32,000 bases of DNA, from NCBI RefSeq assembly GCF_013177435.1, contig NZ_CP053627.1, forward strand, positions 1,920,001-1,952,000, written 5' to 3'. The DNA comes from Xylella taiwanensis. GTDB lineage: Bacteria > Pseudomonadota > Gammaproteobacteria > Xanthomonadales > Xanthomonadaceae. Of the stretch, positions 18,896 to 30,252 are shown piece by piece. Position numbers and translations under genes: made by a program. The notes beneath the pieces are model-generated. The model ran no database searches. It had not been told where the DNA came from and was given only the letters and a program-made list of their open reading frames with translations. Within the stretch, counting starts at the first letter, position 1. Every line of letters starts with the position of its first letter.

Positions 18896-20131
18896 TCAGC
18901 TACGGGAACGTGACAAGTAGTCAGCCAGAGCCGCACGCAAACGGACCAAACCATCAGCAAGCTCCGCGTCGCTCACATTCAGCGCCGGCACAAAACGCAG
19001 CACATCAGGGCCAGCCTGTAACATCAACAGACCGTGCTCACTTGCCACCTCGAGAATCGCACCGGCCTGTCCTGCATGCATCGGTGTTAACACCGCACCA
19101 AGCATCAGACCGCAACCGCGCACCTGCGTAAACACCCCACCGAACGCCTCGCTGATCTGTTGCAACCCAGCGCGCAGCGCTGCCGATTGGCGCTGCACAT
19201 TGGCCGCAATCTCCGTCGAAGCCAACTTACGCAACGCGACTCGTGCCACAGCAGCAGCCAGAGGATTCCCTCCAAAGGTTGTCCCATGCGCACCGAATTG
19301 CATCACCTCGGCCACCTTGGGACCAGCCAACATGGCACCGATTGGAAAACCGCCCCCAAGCGCCTTGGCCAACGTCACGATGTCCGGCACCACATCTTCC
19401 TGCCAATATGCGAACAACGTTCCAGTACGCCCCATACCGCACTGAATCTCATCCAAAACCAACAGTGCTCCGTAGCGATCACATAACGCACGTACCTGTG
19501 CCAAATAACCTGGCACCACCGGCATGACCCCACCTTCCCCTTGAATCGGCTCTAACATCACCGCAGCGACATCACCACCGATCATGGCCGCTTCCAACAC
19601 CTCGACATTATTGAAATCGACATAGCGAAACCCTCCGGGCAACGGTTCGTAACCTTCCTGGTATTGAGGCTGCGCCGTCGCGGTGACTGCACCCAGGGTA
19701 CGCCCGTGGAAACTGCCACGGAAACTCACGATAGTACGCTGCTCCGGTAAGCGCCCCTGAGCGGCAGCCCACTTGCGTACCAGCTTGATGGCGGCTTCAT
19801 TCGCTTCAGTGCCGGAATTGCAAAGAAACACCCGCTCGGCGAACCGTGAAGCATCCACCAATTCCTGCGCCAAGCGCAGCGACGGTTCGCTATAAAACAC
19901 ATTGCTGGTATGCCACAGCCTGCCAGCCTGCTCAACCAGTGCGGCGACCAGATCTGGATCACAATGGCCCAAACCGCACACAGCAATTCCCGCAGCTAGA
20001 TCAACATAATCACGTCCCTGCTCATCCCATACACGGCTACCGCGGCCACGAGCCAACACCATTTGACGTGGGCGATATACCGGCAGGTAATAGTGAGACA
20101 GAGATAACAGAGACTCGGACACAGCGTTCAT
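18896..20131 (-). CDS. argD: Acetylornithine aminotransferase family (class-III PLP aminotransferase)
   Basis: MNAVSESLLSLSHYYLPVYRPRQMVLARGRGSRVWD, NSGTEANEAAIKL, LVLDEIQCGMGRTG and TFGGNPLA are present. I use the ATG at 20131 (411 aa). The track ORF start at 20272 adds 47 atypical residues and would overlap the divergent channel gene. Confidence 0.88.
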   Translation of the reverse strand: MNAVSESLLSLSHYYLPVYRPRQMVLARGRGSRVWDEQGRDYVDLAAGIAVCGLGHCDPDLVAALVEQAGRLWHTSNVFYSEPSLRLAQELVDASRFAERVFLCNSGTEANEAAIKLVRKWAAAQGRLPEQRTIVSFRGSFHGRTLGAVTATAQPQYQEGYEPLPGGFRYVDFNNVEVLEAAMIGGDVAAVMLEPIQGEGGVMPVVPGYLAQVRALCDRYGALLVLDEIQCGMGRTGTLFAYWQEDVVPDIVTLAKALGGGFPIGAMLAGPKVAEVMQFGAHGTTFGGNPLAAAVARVALRKLASTEIAANVQRQSAALRAGLQQISEAFGGVFTQVRGCGLMLGAVLTPMHAGQAGAILEVASEHGLLMLQAGPDVLRFVPALNVSDAELADGLVRLRAALADYLSRSRS

Positions 20132-20198
20132 TGACGTCTTATCGATGATGTGAACATTACATTCTCGTGTATTTGGACCATTAAGACACAATGCCCAC

Positions 20199-21095
20199 AT
20201 GTCCCCACTTTTCGATTCACACATGACTCCAGCCACCGACAGCGGTTGGCGTCGCAACTGCTTCGATATCATCTATCGTCACGACACCCGTCCGTCGCGG
20301 AACTTCGATCTGCTACTGATGTTAGCGATCCTGGGCAGCGTACTAGTGGTCATGCTCGACAGCGTGTTAGTACTGCAAGCACACTGGACGTATTGGCTGT
20401 ACGGGCTGGAATGGCTCTTTACCATCGTGTTCACCGCCGATTATCTGATCCGCCTGATGGTGGTGCGGCAACCGTTACGTTACGCACTGAGTATCTGGGG
20501 AATCATCGATCTGCTATCGATCCTGCCCACCTACCTATCGTTCTTCATGCCCGGCACACAGAGCCTACTGGTCGTGCGTGTGCTACGCCTGCTGCGCCTG
20601 TTCCGTATCCTTAAAATGACCCGCTATGTCGAAGAAAGCGGAGAGCTGCTGCAAGCGCTTTGGCGCAGCCGGCGCAAAGTCATGGTGTTCATCTGCACAG
20701 TGCTGACCATCGCTATGATTGCCGGTGCCGCGATGTATGTGATCGAAGGTCCACAGAACGGCTTCACAAGTATTCCCACCGGGATGTACTGGGCCGTGGT
20801 GACAATGACCACCGTCGGATTCGGTGACATTGCACCGCATAGCACACTGGGCCGTTTTGTAACCTCTGCGCTCATCCTGATTGGATATAGCATCATCGCC
20901 GTCCCGACCGGCATCTACACCGCCGAATTGACGCAAGGTCTACTCCGCACCGAAGAAGAACACCGCCACGACACGCGCACCTGCCCTCATTGTGGGCTGG
21001 AAGGACACAATCGCGACGCACACTATTGTCGCAACTGCGGCGGCACGCTGCTGAAAACGATGCGTGAACGTGATGACCATCCACAGCGGTCATGA
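20199..21095 (+). CDS. Voltage-gated-type (6TM) potassium channel with a C-terminal zinc-ribbon tail
   Basis: The S4-like segment VVRVLRLLRLFRILKMTRY has a basic residue at every third position. The K+ selectivity filter is TMTTVGFGD. The tail is TCPHCGLEGHNRDAHYCRNCGG (CxxC...CxxC). An alternative start is the ATG at 20223. Confidence 0.88.
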   Translation: MSPLFDSHMTPATDSGWRRNCFDIIYRHDTRPSRNFDLLLMLAILGSVLVVMLDSVLVLQAHWTYWLYGLEWLFTIVFTADYLIRLMVVRQPLRYALSIWGIIDLLSILPTYLSFFMPGTQSLLVVRVLRLLRLFRILKMTRYVEESGELLQALWRSRRKVMVFICTVLTIAMIAGAAMYVIEGPQNGFTSIPTGMYWAVVTMTTVGFGDIAPHSTLGRFVTSALILIGYSIIAVPTGIYTAELTQGLLRTEEEHRHDTRTCPHCGLEGHNRDAHYCRNCGGTLLKTMRERDDHPQRS

Positions 21096-21355
21096 TCAGC
21101 ATGGCGTCAGATACAGCACACAGCACAATGACACCGTGCTCCGCGACATCCACCCAGTCATCCCCCATCTCACTTTTGGTCATCCGTGACCAGGAAAACC
21201 GCAAACCAAATCCAAAAGCACACGTGCACGATGCACTTGCAATCATTCCATTCGAAGCAATGATTGATGGATGCTGCAAACAGCACGACCGATGTGCAAA
21301 ATCAATTCAGATCAATAGACTACGAAAAATACACGACACACCCTAAGCTTGACGG

Positions 21356-22330
21356 ATGACCCTCCGCACCACCAACCAACGCCGCCAATTGGCCAGGCAC
21401 CAACCACCACTGTCAACCGAAGATGCAACAGCTATCACGCAATGCCTCGACGCGCTCTGGATCAAACATGGGCTATCACCGCAGACCCTGAACAGTTACC
21501 GACGCGACCTGGAAGGCCTGGCCCGCTGGAACGATGGCCGCGCCGGGCGTTTGGTCACGTTAGCAGAACCCGTACTATTCGATTACCTCACATGGCGCGC
21601 CCAGCAACACTATTCACCACTCAGCAATGCACGCTTACTGTCGGTGCTGCGCACCTTCTTCTGTCATGCGGTGGCATGCGGTTGGCGCAACGACAACCCA
21701 AGCACACTGCTGGCCCGTCCGCTCTTACCACATCCATTGCCGAAGGCACTGACTGAAAGTCAGATAACAGCACTCTTAGCAGCACCGGCCATAGAAACAC
21801 CAGAAGGGCTACGCAACCGTGCGATGCTGGAATTGATGTATGCAGCCGGTCTGCGTGTTAGCGAATTGGTCAAGTTGCCCGTAGCGATGGTGAACCTGCG
21901 TCAAGGCGTGCTGCGCATCACCGGCAAAGGTGGCAAGGAGCGGCTCGTACCACTGGGCGAGGAATCTCAACACTGGCTGCAACGCTATTTGGAGCAAGCA
22001 CGGCCACAGTTGGCGGCTGGCAAACCCATCCCAGCCGACTCGGACGGAGAGGTTCCATTGTTCATCAACACGAACCTGAAACGTCTCAGCCGCCAGCAAT
22101 TTTGGACACGGGTCAAAGGGTATGCCACCTTGGCCGGCATAGACGCAAGCAAAGTCAGCCCACATGTGCTGCGTCACAGCTTCGCAACGCACTTACTGAA
22201 CCACGGCGCAGACCTACGTGCATTGCAGCTGCTGCTAGGCCACAGCTCCATTGCAACGACGCAGATCTACACCCTCGTCGCACGTCAACACCTACAGCAG
22301 TTGCACGCCCAACACCACCCACGTGGTTGA
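21356..22330 (+). CDS. xerD: Site-specific tyrosine recombinase XerD
   Basis: [85 protein letters not shown] (R..H-R-H...Y catalytic set). It is followed by dsbC as in E. coli. The N-terminus is ~25 aa longer than E. coli XerD, so the start is uncertain. Confidence 0.9.
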   Translation: MTLRTTNQRRQLARHQPPLSTEDATAITQCLDALWIKHGLSPQTLNSYRRDLEGLARWNDGRAGRLVTLAEPVLFDYLTWRAQQHYSPLSNARLLSVLRTFFCHAVACGWRNDNPSTLLARPLLPHPLPKALTESQITALLAAPAIETPEGLRNRAMLELMYAAGLRVSELVKLPVAMVNLRQGVLRITGKGGKERLVPLGEESQHWLQRYLEQARPQLAAGKPIPADSDGEVPLFINTNLKRLSRQQFWTRVKGYATLAGIDASKVSPHVLRHSFATHLLNHGADLRALQLLLGHSSIATTQIYTLVARQHLQQLHAQHHPRG

Positions 22331-22461
22331 TAAAGGGGGTGCGGCAATAAGAACAAGTCTGAAGACAATGAATACACACCTATCTCACCGCACCGTGGGG
22401 ATCATGATGCAGCATCCAGCTTGTGAGACAATTTCTTTTAATGTTCCATTTGGATGTTTGA

Positions 22462-23250
22462 ATGCGCCGTCTTATCGCTGCCTTGTTGCTGGGTGTGGTT
22501 AACCTGTCTGCCTGCGCCCAGCCCTCTCAACCCGCCCCCAACAAAACGAGCACACTGCAGTCCAACGCCACACCGGCCGATGTACAGCAACGTGTGACGA
22601 CTGCGTTAAACACTCTAGAGCCAGATTTCAAGCCGGACTACATCGGTGCTGCACCCTTCCTTGGTTTCCGTGAGGTTGTGGTTGGCGGCCAAATTCTGTA
22701 CGTCAGCGACGACGGCCACTACCTGATGCAAGCGCAACCCTACGACATCCGCAACAAGAAATTCGCTGTCAGCGAAGGGTTGCTTGCATACCGCCGTGCA
22801 CAATTGGCCACGGTGCCCCAATCGCAGCGCATCGTGTTCGCACCGCGGAACCCGCAGTACACCATCAGCGTGTTCACCGACATTGAATGCGGCTATTGCC
22901 GCAAACTGCACAGCGAAATCGCCGAACTGAACAAGCGAGGCATCGCCGTTGAATACCTCGCCTTCCCACGTATGGGTTTAGGGAGCCAAGATTACAAGGA
23001 CATGGTCTCAGTCTGGTGCGCCGCCGAGCGTAAGCAAGCACTCACCGAAGCCAAGGCCGGCAAACCGATCCCGAATAAAAATTGCAATAACCCTGTCGCC
23101 TTGGAATACACCCTGGGTCAGCGTATGGGCGTCAACGGTACCCCGGCCATCTTCGCCCCGGACGGCACCCAGCTTGGCGGCTATCTACCGCCGGAAAAAC
23201 TACGTGCACTATTGGACAAACTCGCCACTGCAACAGCCAAAGGAGGCTGA
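22462..23250 (+). CDS. dsbC: Disulfide isomerase DsbC-family protein with an N-terminal lipobox
   Basis: 262 aa. The active site is FTDIECGYCRKLH and the C-terminal motif is GVNGTPAIF. The signal sequence MRRLIAALLLGVVNLSAC ends in a lipobox-like LSAC. Confidence 0.88.
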   Translation: MRRLIAALLLGVVNLSACAQPSQPAPNKTSTLQSNATPADVQQRVTTALNTLEPDFKPDYIGAAPFLGFREVVVGGQILYVSDDGHYLMQAQPYDIRNKKFAVSEGLLAYRRAQLATVPQSQRIVFAPRNPQYTISVFTDIECGYCRKLHSEIAELNKRGIAVEYLAFPRMGLGSQDYKDMVSVWCAAERKQALTEAKAGKPIPNKNCNNPVALEYTLGQRMGVNGTPAIFAPDGTQLGGYLPPEKLRALLDKLATATAKGG

Positions 23251-23446
23251 CACGTTCAGCCAAAAGCACACGCCTCCCCGCCCCCTCTTCCACACTATCC
23301 ATACCTGACGCTCACGTGTCGCTGGGACCTCGCGTGAGCCAAAGCACTTCCCTAGATCAATCTCCTGATTGCCGTTCCCAACGCCGACGCCACGAATGCG
23401 TGCGGGTACAATGCTTGGCTCGCTTCTTCAATACGGTTCCTCGGAC

Positions 23447-26400
23447 ATGATCGTCCTCAAGGGTGCCTCCGCCCTGTCACCGTTTCGCCTTACTCGACTT
23501 GAATCCCGCCTGCAAACCGCCGTGCCTGCGCTGCACATTGCCGGCACATGGCATCTCTACGTCATTCAGATGAAGTCCGGTCATACACCCGATATGCCGA
23601 CCCTGCACCGGATCCTGCAAGCCGAAACAGTACCCGAACCACACGCCGAAAACGTGGTGTCACGCTACGTGATGCCGCGTCTCGGAACCCGGTCCCCATG
23701 GTCAAGCAAAGCCACTGAACTGCTGCATGGCGCCGGCCAACCCATCGCACGGATAGAACGCGGCACCCGTATCGACCTATTAGGCTGGTCAACCGAGGCC
23801 GCTACATGTGCCGCCATTGCCAAACACCTCTACGATCCAATGACCCAGTCGCTGCTGGCGTCAGAGGCCGAGATCAAGACGCTGTTTAACGTGCCCACAC
23901 CACGGTCACTGGAACGCATTCCGTTAATCGACTTAGAACACGCCAATACACGCCTGGGACTGGCATTGACTGCCGACGAAATCGACTACCTGCGCGCACG
24001 TTATACCGAGCTGAACCGTATCCCATCCGACGTCGAATTGATGATGTTCGCGCAGGCTAACTCCGAGCACTGCCGACACAAAATATTCAACGCCACTTGG
24101 ACCATCGACGACGCAGAGCAACAGCGCTCCTTGTTTGAGATGATCAAACACACTCACCAGCAAGCCCCGCAGTACACGCTCAGCGCATACTCCGACAACG
24201 CCGCCGTCATCCAAGGTCACACGACAGCACGTTACCGCCCAGACCCAATCACCGGAGAATATCGCCGTGAAGCGGTAGTCCCTAGCGCGTTCCAAATCAA
24301 GGTCGAAACTCACAACCACCCGACCGCGATTGCACCATTCCCTGGTGCATCCACAGGCGCAGGAGGCGAGATCCGCGATGAAGGTGCTACTGGTCGCGGC
24401 GGCAAACCTAAAGCCGGGTTGAGCGGTTTCTCGGTCTCGCACCTACGCATTCCAAGGCTGCCCCAGCCATGGGAAACGCCACGTGCCATGAACCCACGCA
24501 TGGCCTCAGCACTGGACATCATGCTCGACGGCCCACTCGGCAGTGCCGCGTTCAACAACGAATTTGGGCGACCGAATCTACTTGGCTACTTCCGCAGCTT
24601 TGAGCTTTCCACACACAAGACACTCACCCGAGCCTATGACAAGCCAATCATGCTGGCCGGCGGCCTGGGCATGATCGACCGCATACACATCGAGAAACTC
24701 CGGCTCCAGCCTGGCGATGTGGTCATCGTGCTGGGCGGCCCGGCGATGCTCATCGGGCTGGGCGGCGGCGCGGCAAGCTCAGTCGCTGCTGGAACAAGCA
24801 CAGAGGCGCTGGATTTCGCGAGCGTACAACGTGATAACCCAGAGATGCAGAGGCGCTGCCAAGAAGTCATCGACCACTGCACGGCACTAGGTACAAACAA
24901 TCCGATCCGGTGGTTCCACGACGTGGGTGCCGGTGGTTTATCCAACGCAATCCCCGAGCTGCTGCACGACTCGGGGGTGGGCGGCGTCATCGACCTCGCC
25001 AAAATACCGAGTGACGACCCATCACTCTCCCCACTGGAACTGTGGTGCAACGAATCGCAAGAACGCTACGTCCTCGGCATATCGGCGGCACATCTGGAAG
25101 TATTCGCAGCGATCTGTACGCGCGAGCGCTGCCCGTTCGCCGCGGTTGGCGTGGCCACTGCAGAACAACAGCTGATTGTGGGATATGGGGCAACAACCGC
25201 CTCCCTTCCCCACGCGGCAAGAAAAGATATCCAAAAAACAGATAGCACTGAGACGGCAACAAGCGTCCCTGCATCCCACGCCCCGAGGCACATCGGACAA
25301 GAAGCGTTTGCAATCGATTTACCCATGGATGTGCTGTTCGGCAAGCCACCGAAGATGCACCGCAACACGGCGCACCCACCGCCGCCGCAGTGGCCAGTAC
25401 TAGACACCACGCGACTGAACCTGCACCAAGCAGGGTTACGCGTGCTCGCACACCCCACCGTAGCCGCTAAGAACTTCCTGGTTACCATCGGTGACCGCAG
25501 CATTGGTGGCCTCACCGCACGCGAGCAAATGATCGGCCCATGGCAATTGCCACTGGCTGACTGCGCTATGACCCTTGCCGGCTTCGACACCGATGCCGGC
25601 GAGGCGCTCGCGATTGGCGAACGGACTCCACTGGCACTGCTGGATTCAGCCGCCGCCGCACGTATGGCTGTCGGCGAGGCCATCACTAACCTATGCGCCG
25701 CTCCAGTGCAGTCGCTAGACATGGTGAAGCTCTCAGCAAACTGGATGGCGGCCGCTGAGCATCCCGGCGAAGACGCGCTGCTATATGACGCCGTCAAAGC
25801 AGTAGGGATAGCACTTTGCCCAGCACTGGACATCAGCATTCCAGTGGGCAAGGACTCGCTATCGATGCAGACCCAATGGCAAGCCGATGGCACCACACAC
25901 ACCGCGGTCTCGCCCGTCTCACTGGTGATCTCCGCGTTTGCGCCCGTGGCTGACGTACGCCTGCAATTAACTCCCCTGCTACGTAATGAAACCAATAGCG
26001 AACTCTGGTTGATTGGTCTGGATAGCGGCAAGCAACGCCTCGGCGGCGCGGTGCTGGCACAGGTCCATGCTGGTATGGAAGGACTCCCCGCTTTCGGTGG
26101 CGAGCCTCCAGATCTGGACACACCAGAATCCCTGCGCGCGTTCTTCGCATTGATCAGAGATGCGCGTCACGCAAACCTGCTGCTGGCCTATCACGACCGC
26201 AGCGATGGCGGCGCCTTCGCCGCATTGTGCGAGATGGCATTCGTTTCACATGTGGGCTTGGACATCACGTGCGACACCCACAACAGCGATGTCTTCCGTA
26301 GCCTTTTCAACGAAGAACTGGGCGCCATTGTGCAAGTCGCCAACGATGACCACGCTGCCTTCGCCGATCTGGTTGAACAACATGGGTTGACGGCCTGCAC

Positions 26401-27421
26401 GCAGCGCATCGCACACCCCACGACGACACCGTATATCCGTGTTGTGCACAGCGGTCAATGCCTCGCCCAATGGCCTTGGGAGACACTGTTCGAAGCTTGG
26501 TGGTCAGTGACTCATGCCATACAACGGCTACGCGATAACCCAGAGTGCGCTGATGAGGAGCGCGACGTGGCGCGAACGTTCACCGCACCCGGTCTGAAAC
26601 CGAAGCTGAGCTTCGATCCAGCGGAAGACGTCGCTATGCCGTTTATCGCGACCGGCATCCGGCCCAAAGTGGCCATTCTTCGCGAACAAGGCATCAATGG
26701 TCACATCGAGATGGCGTTCAGCTTCGAGCGCGCCGGTTTTCAAAGTGTCGACATCCATATGAGCGACTTGATCACCGGCCGTGTACAGCTGAGTGAGTTC
26801 GTCGGTTTGGCCGCCTGTGGTGGCTTCAGCTATGGCGACGTGCTTGGTGCCGGGCGCGGCTGGGCCACCTCGATTCTGGAACGTGCCGTGTTACGGGACC
26901 AGTTCGCCGCATTCTTCACCCGCTCTGATCGTTTCGCGCTTGGTGTATGCAACGGCTGCCAGATGCTGAGCCAGCTCAAATCAATGATTCCTGGTGCCGA
27001 GCACTGGCCGCGTTTCGTACGCAATCGCAGCGAACAATTCGAAGCGCGTACTGCACTGCTGGAAGTGATCGAGTCTCCCTCGATTTTTTTGAGTGGCATG
27101 GCCGGCTCACGGCTCCCCGTAGCGGTGGCACACGGGGAGGGCTATGCCATGTTCGACAACACCGTGGATCAAGCCGCTGCACACGTGGTGCTGCGCTATA
27201 TCGACGGACATGGGCAAGCAGCCAAGCAATATCCGCTCAACCCAAACGGCTCTCCGAACGGCATCACCGGACTGACGACCAACGACGGACGCATCACCAT
27301 CTTAATGCCGCACCCGGAACGCACTCCACGCAACATCAACCTAAGCTGGTCACCGGTTGACTGGGGAGAAGAAGCACCTTGGCTACGCCTATTTCGCAAT
27401 GCACGGGTCTGGGTGGGCTGA
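23447..27421 (+). CDS. purL: Phosphoribosylformylglycinamidine synthase (large, single-chain PurL)
   Basis: 1324 aa from ATG 23447 ([23 protein letters not shown], like E. coli MMEILRGSPALSAFR). It is collinear with E. coli PurL through the FGAM synthetase domains and the C-terminal glutaminase domain ([13 protein letters not shown]). The track start at 23369 is a TTG-initiated upstream extension. Confidence 0.96.
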   Translation: MIVLKGASALSPFRLTRLESRLQTAVPALHIAGTWHLYVIQMKSGHTPDMPTLHRILQAETVPEPHAENVVSRYVMPRLGTRSPWSSKATELLHGAGQPIARIERGTRIDLLGWSTEAATCAAIAKHLYDPMTQSLLASEAEIKTLFNVPTPRSLERIPLIDLEHANTRLGLALTADEIDYLRARYTELNRIPSDVELMMFAQANSEHCRHKIFNATWTIDDAEQQRSLFEMIKHTHQQAPQYTLSAYSDNAAVIQGHTTARYRPDPITGEYRREAVVPSAFQIKVETHNHPTAIAPFPGASTGAGGEIRDEGATGRGGKPKAGLSGFSVSHLRIPRLPQPWETPRAMNPRMASALDIMLDGPLGSAAFNNEFGRPNLLGYFRSFELSTHKTLTRAYDKPIMLAGGLGMIDRIHIEKLRLQPGDVVIVLGGPAMLIGLGGGAASSVAAGTSTEALDFASVQRDNPEMQRRCQEVIDHCTALGTNNPIRWFHDVGAGGLSNAIPELLHDSGVGGVIDLAKIPSDDPSLSPLELWCNESQERYVLGISAAHLEVFAAICTRERCPFAAVGVATAEQQLIVGYGATTASLPHAARKDIQKTDSTETATSVPASHAPRHIGQEAFAIDLPMDVLFGKPPKMHRNTAHPPPPQWPVLDTTRLNLHQAGLRVLAHPTVAAKNFLVTIGDRSIGGLTAREQMIGPWQLPLADCAMTLAGFDTDAGEALAIGERTPLALLDSAAAARMAVGEAITNLCAAPVQSLDMVKLSANWMAAAEHPGEDALLYDAVKAVGIALCPALDISIPVGKDSLSMQTQWQADGTTHTAVSPVSLVISAFAPVADVRLQLTPLLRNETNSELWLIGLDSGKQRLGGAVLAQVHAGMEGLPAFGGEPPDLDTPESLRAFFALIRDARHANLLLAYHDRSDGGAFAALCEMAFVSHVGLDITCDTHNSDVFRSLFNEELGAIVQVANDDHAAFADLVEQHGLTACTQRIAHPTTTPYIRVVHSGQCLAQWPWETLFEAWWSVTHAIQRLRDNPECADEERDVARTFTAPGLKPKLSFDPAEDVAMPFIATGIRPKVAILREQGINGHIEMAFSFERAGFQSVDIHMSDLITGRVQLSEFVGLAACGGFSYGDVLGAGRGWATSILERAVLRDQFAAFFTRSDRFALGVCNGCQMLSQLKSMIPGAEHWPRFVRNRSEQFEARTALLEVIESPSIFLSGMAGSRLPVAVAHGEGYAMFDNTVDQAAAHVVLRYIDGHGQAAKQYPLNPNGSPNGITGLTTNDGRITILMPHPERTPRNINLSWSPVDWGEEAPWLRLFRNARVWVG

Positions 27422-28323
27422 GTTCAGAAGCGAAGGTATCGCACCAGCACCAAGGTGATGACAAAGACACCCGTTTTGCAAGCTGCACGTGCTGAATAAA
27501 GGGGGGAAACTAAAAGAACAATCCACTTGCCTACAGCAATGCGACCGCTTCTTCCTGGGGCCGCACTCGCAGATGCTCACCACCTGTGCAGCAGTCATTT
27601 TCGCAATGCAGTGCTTGGACACGCACTCAGAAACGTCAAACGTCATATGTGCCAGCACACTCAGGCAACGAGATCTCAACATTCGAGCACGGGCGACATA
27701 TCGCGCAAAACATATCTCGCCGACATCCAGCACAAACAATTCAAACAGATGCGCCCACTCTTGAAGCAAGCACCAAACACACCAAACCACGGATGATGAA
27801 TTGTGCACGCAGTACTGCCACTGCTATGCACAGGCCACCAGTGACTTACTCAAATAACGCGCGGTGTATTGCCCCTTTACAAAAAGCATCACACCGCAAG
27901 CAGCAGCCATGAACCTGCTGAAATAAATATCTAAACCAGATTGACGCACTCAGTACGCTGCACACGGAACATTGATCGTGTGCAGTGGGTTATTGATCGT
28001 GAGCCCATAAAGCATGAAGGAACACAGACACAGCAGCCCTAAAAGACAATGAAGCGCGCAAGAAAGTATCTACGGCATCAAGCGATTAGATTGCAGTGCA
28101 TCCCGACACGAAGGCTGCGATGGTGGATCATCCGGGAGTATTGCTGGAATTCAAACGTGGCATGCCTCCTCATATTGACGCTGGCCAAGATGCAACGAGT
28201 CTCAGGACGTCATACAACGCTTTTGCACACCAAGACTGCTCTCCCAGACGCATTCCAGACATCAAAAGACAACCACATCCGCAGCATATACACCCCACCA
28301 ACCAGCACGATCAGACACAGCAC

Positions 28324-29951
<1,628 letters not shown>

Positions 29952-29963
29952 TCACGGATGCTC

Positions 29964-30191
29964 TCACTCCTCATCAGGAGTCAACGTCTTGAGCTGCAGC
30001 GCGTGGATCGCTCCTCCCATCAAATGACCGATAGACGCATACACCATACGGTGACGGGCCAACGCTCCTTTACCACGAAAAGCCTCGCAAATCACCGTAG
30101 CCTCGAAGTGAACGCCATCCTCACCATGCACATCAGCACGGGCCTGCGGCAAACCAGACTCAATCAGTTTACGAATAGTTTCAGCGTCCAA
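29964..30191 (-). CDS. ibaG: BolA-family protein IbaG/YrbA
   Basis: 75 aa with a BolA-like F.V.I....F.G......HRMVY pattern. It lies directly upstream of murA as in E. coli ibaG-murA. Confidence 0.85.
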   Translation of the reverse strand: MDAETIRKLIESGLPQARADVHGEDGVHFEATVICEAFRGKGALARHRMVYASIGHLMGGAIHALQLKTLTPDEE

Positions 30192-30252
30192 GAGACACGT
30201 CTCTAAATCTAATAAAATGGAGGTTCATTTTACTCCTGCACTGAACACATGT

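Noticed and set aside
25066-26121. A 351-aa antisense ORF inside purL. Similar long antisense or out-of-frame ORFs lie inside clpA, gshA, argD, the DUF482 gene and the K+ channel gene.
   Set aside because: These are Ala/Ser/Arg/Pro-rich shadow ORFs, typical of the strand opposite genuine genes. The sense-strand genes have full-length, motif-level matches to known families.
27389-27808. A 139-aa Cys-rich minus-strand ORF overlapping the 3' end of purL.
   Set aside because: It lies in a stretch where four frames are open at once. It shows no motif, SD or family resemblance, and it overlaps a well-supported gene in a convergent arrangement.
28210-28323. A 37-codon hydrophobic minus-strand ORF that starts at a GTG immediately after the stop of the EF-hand gene.
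   Set aside because: It has no SD, and its GT-rich composition explains the hydrophobicity. I treat it as spurious unless it proves to be conserved.
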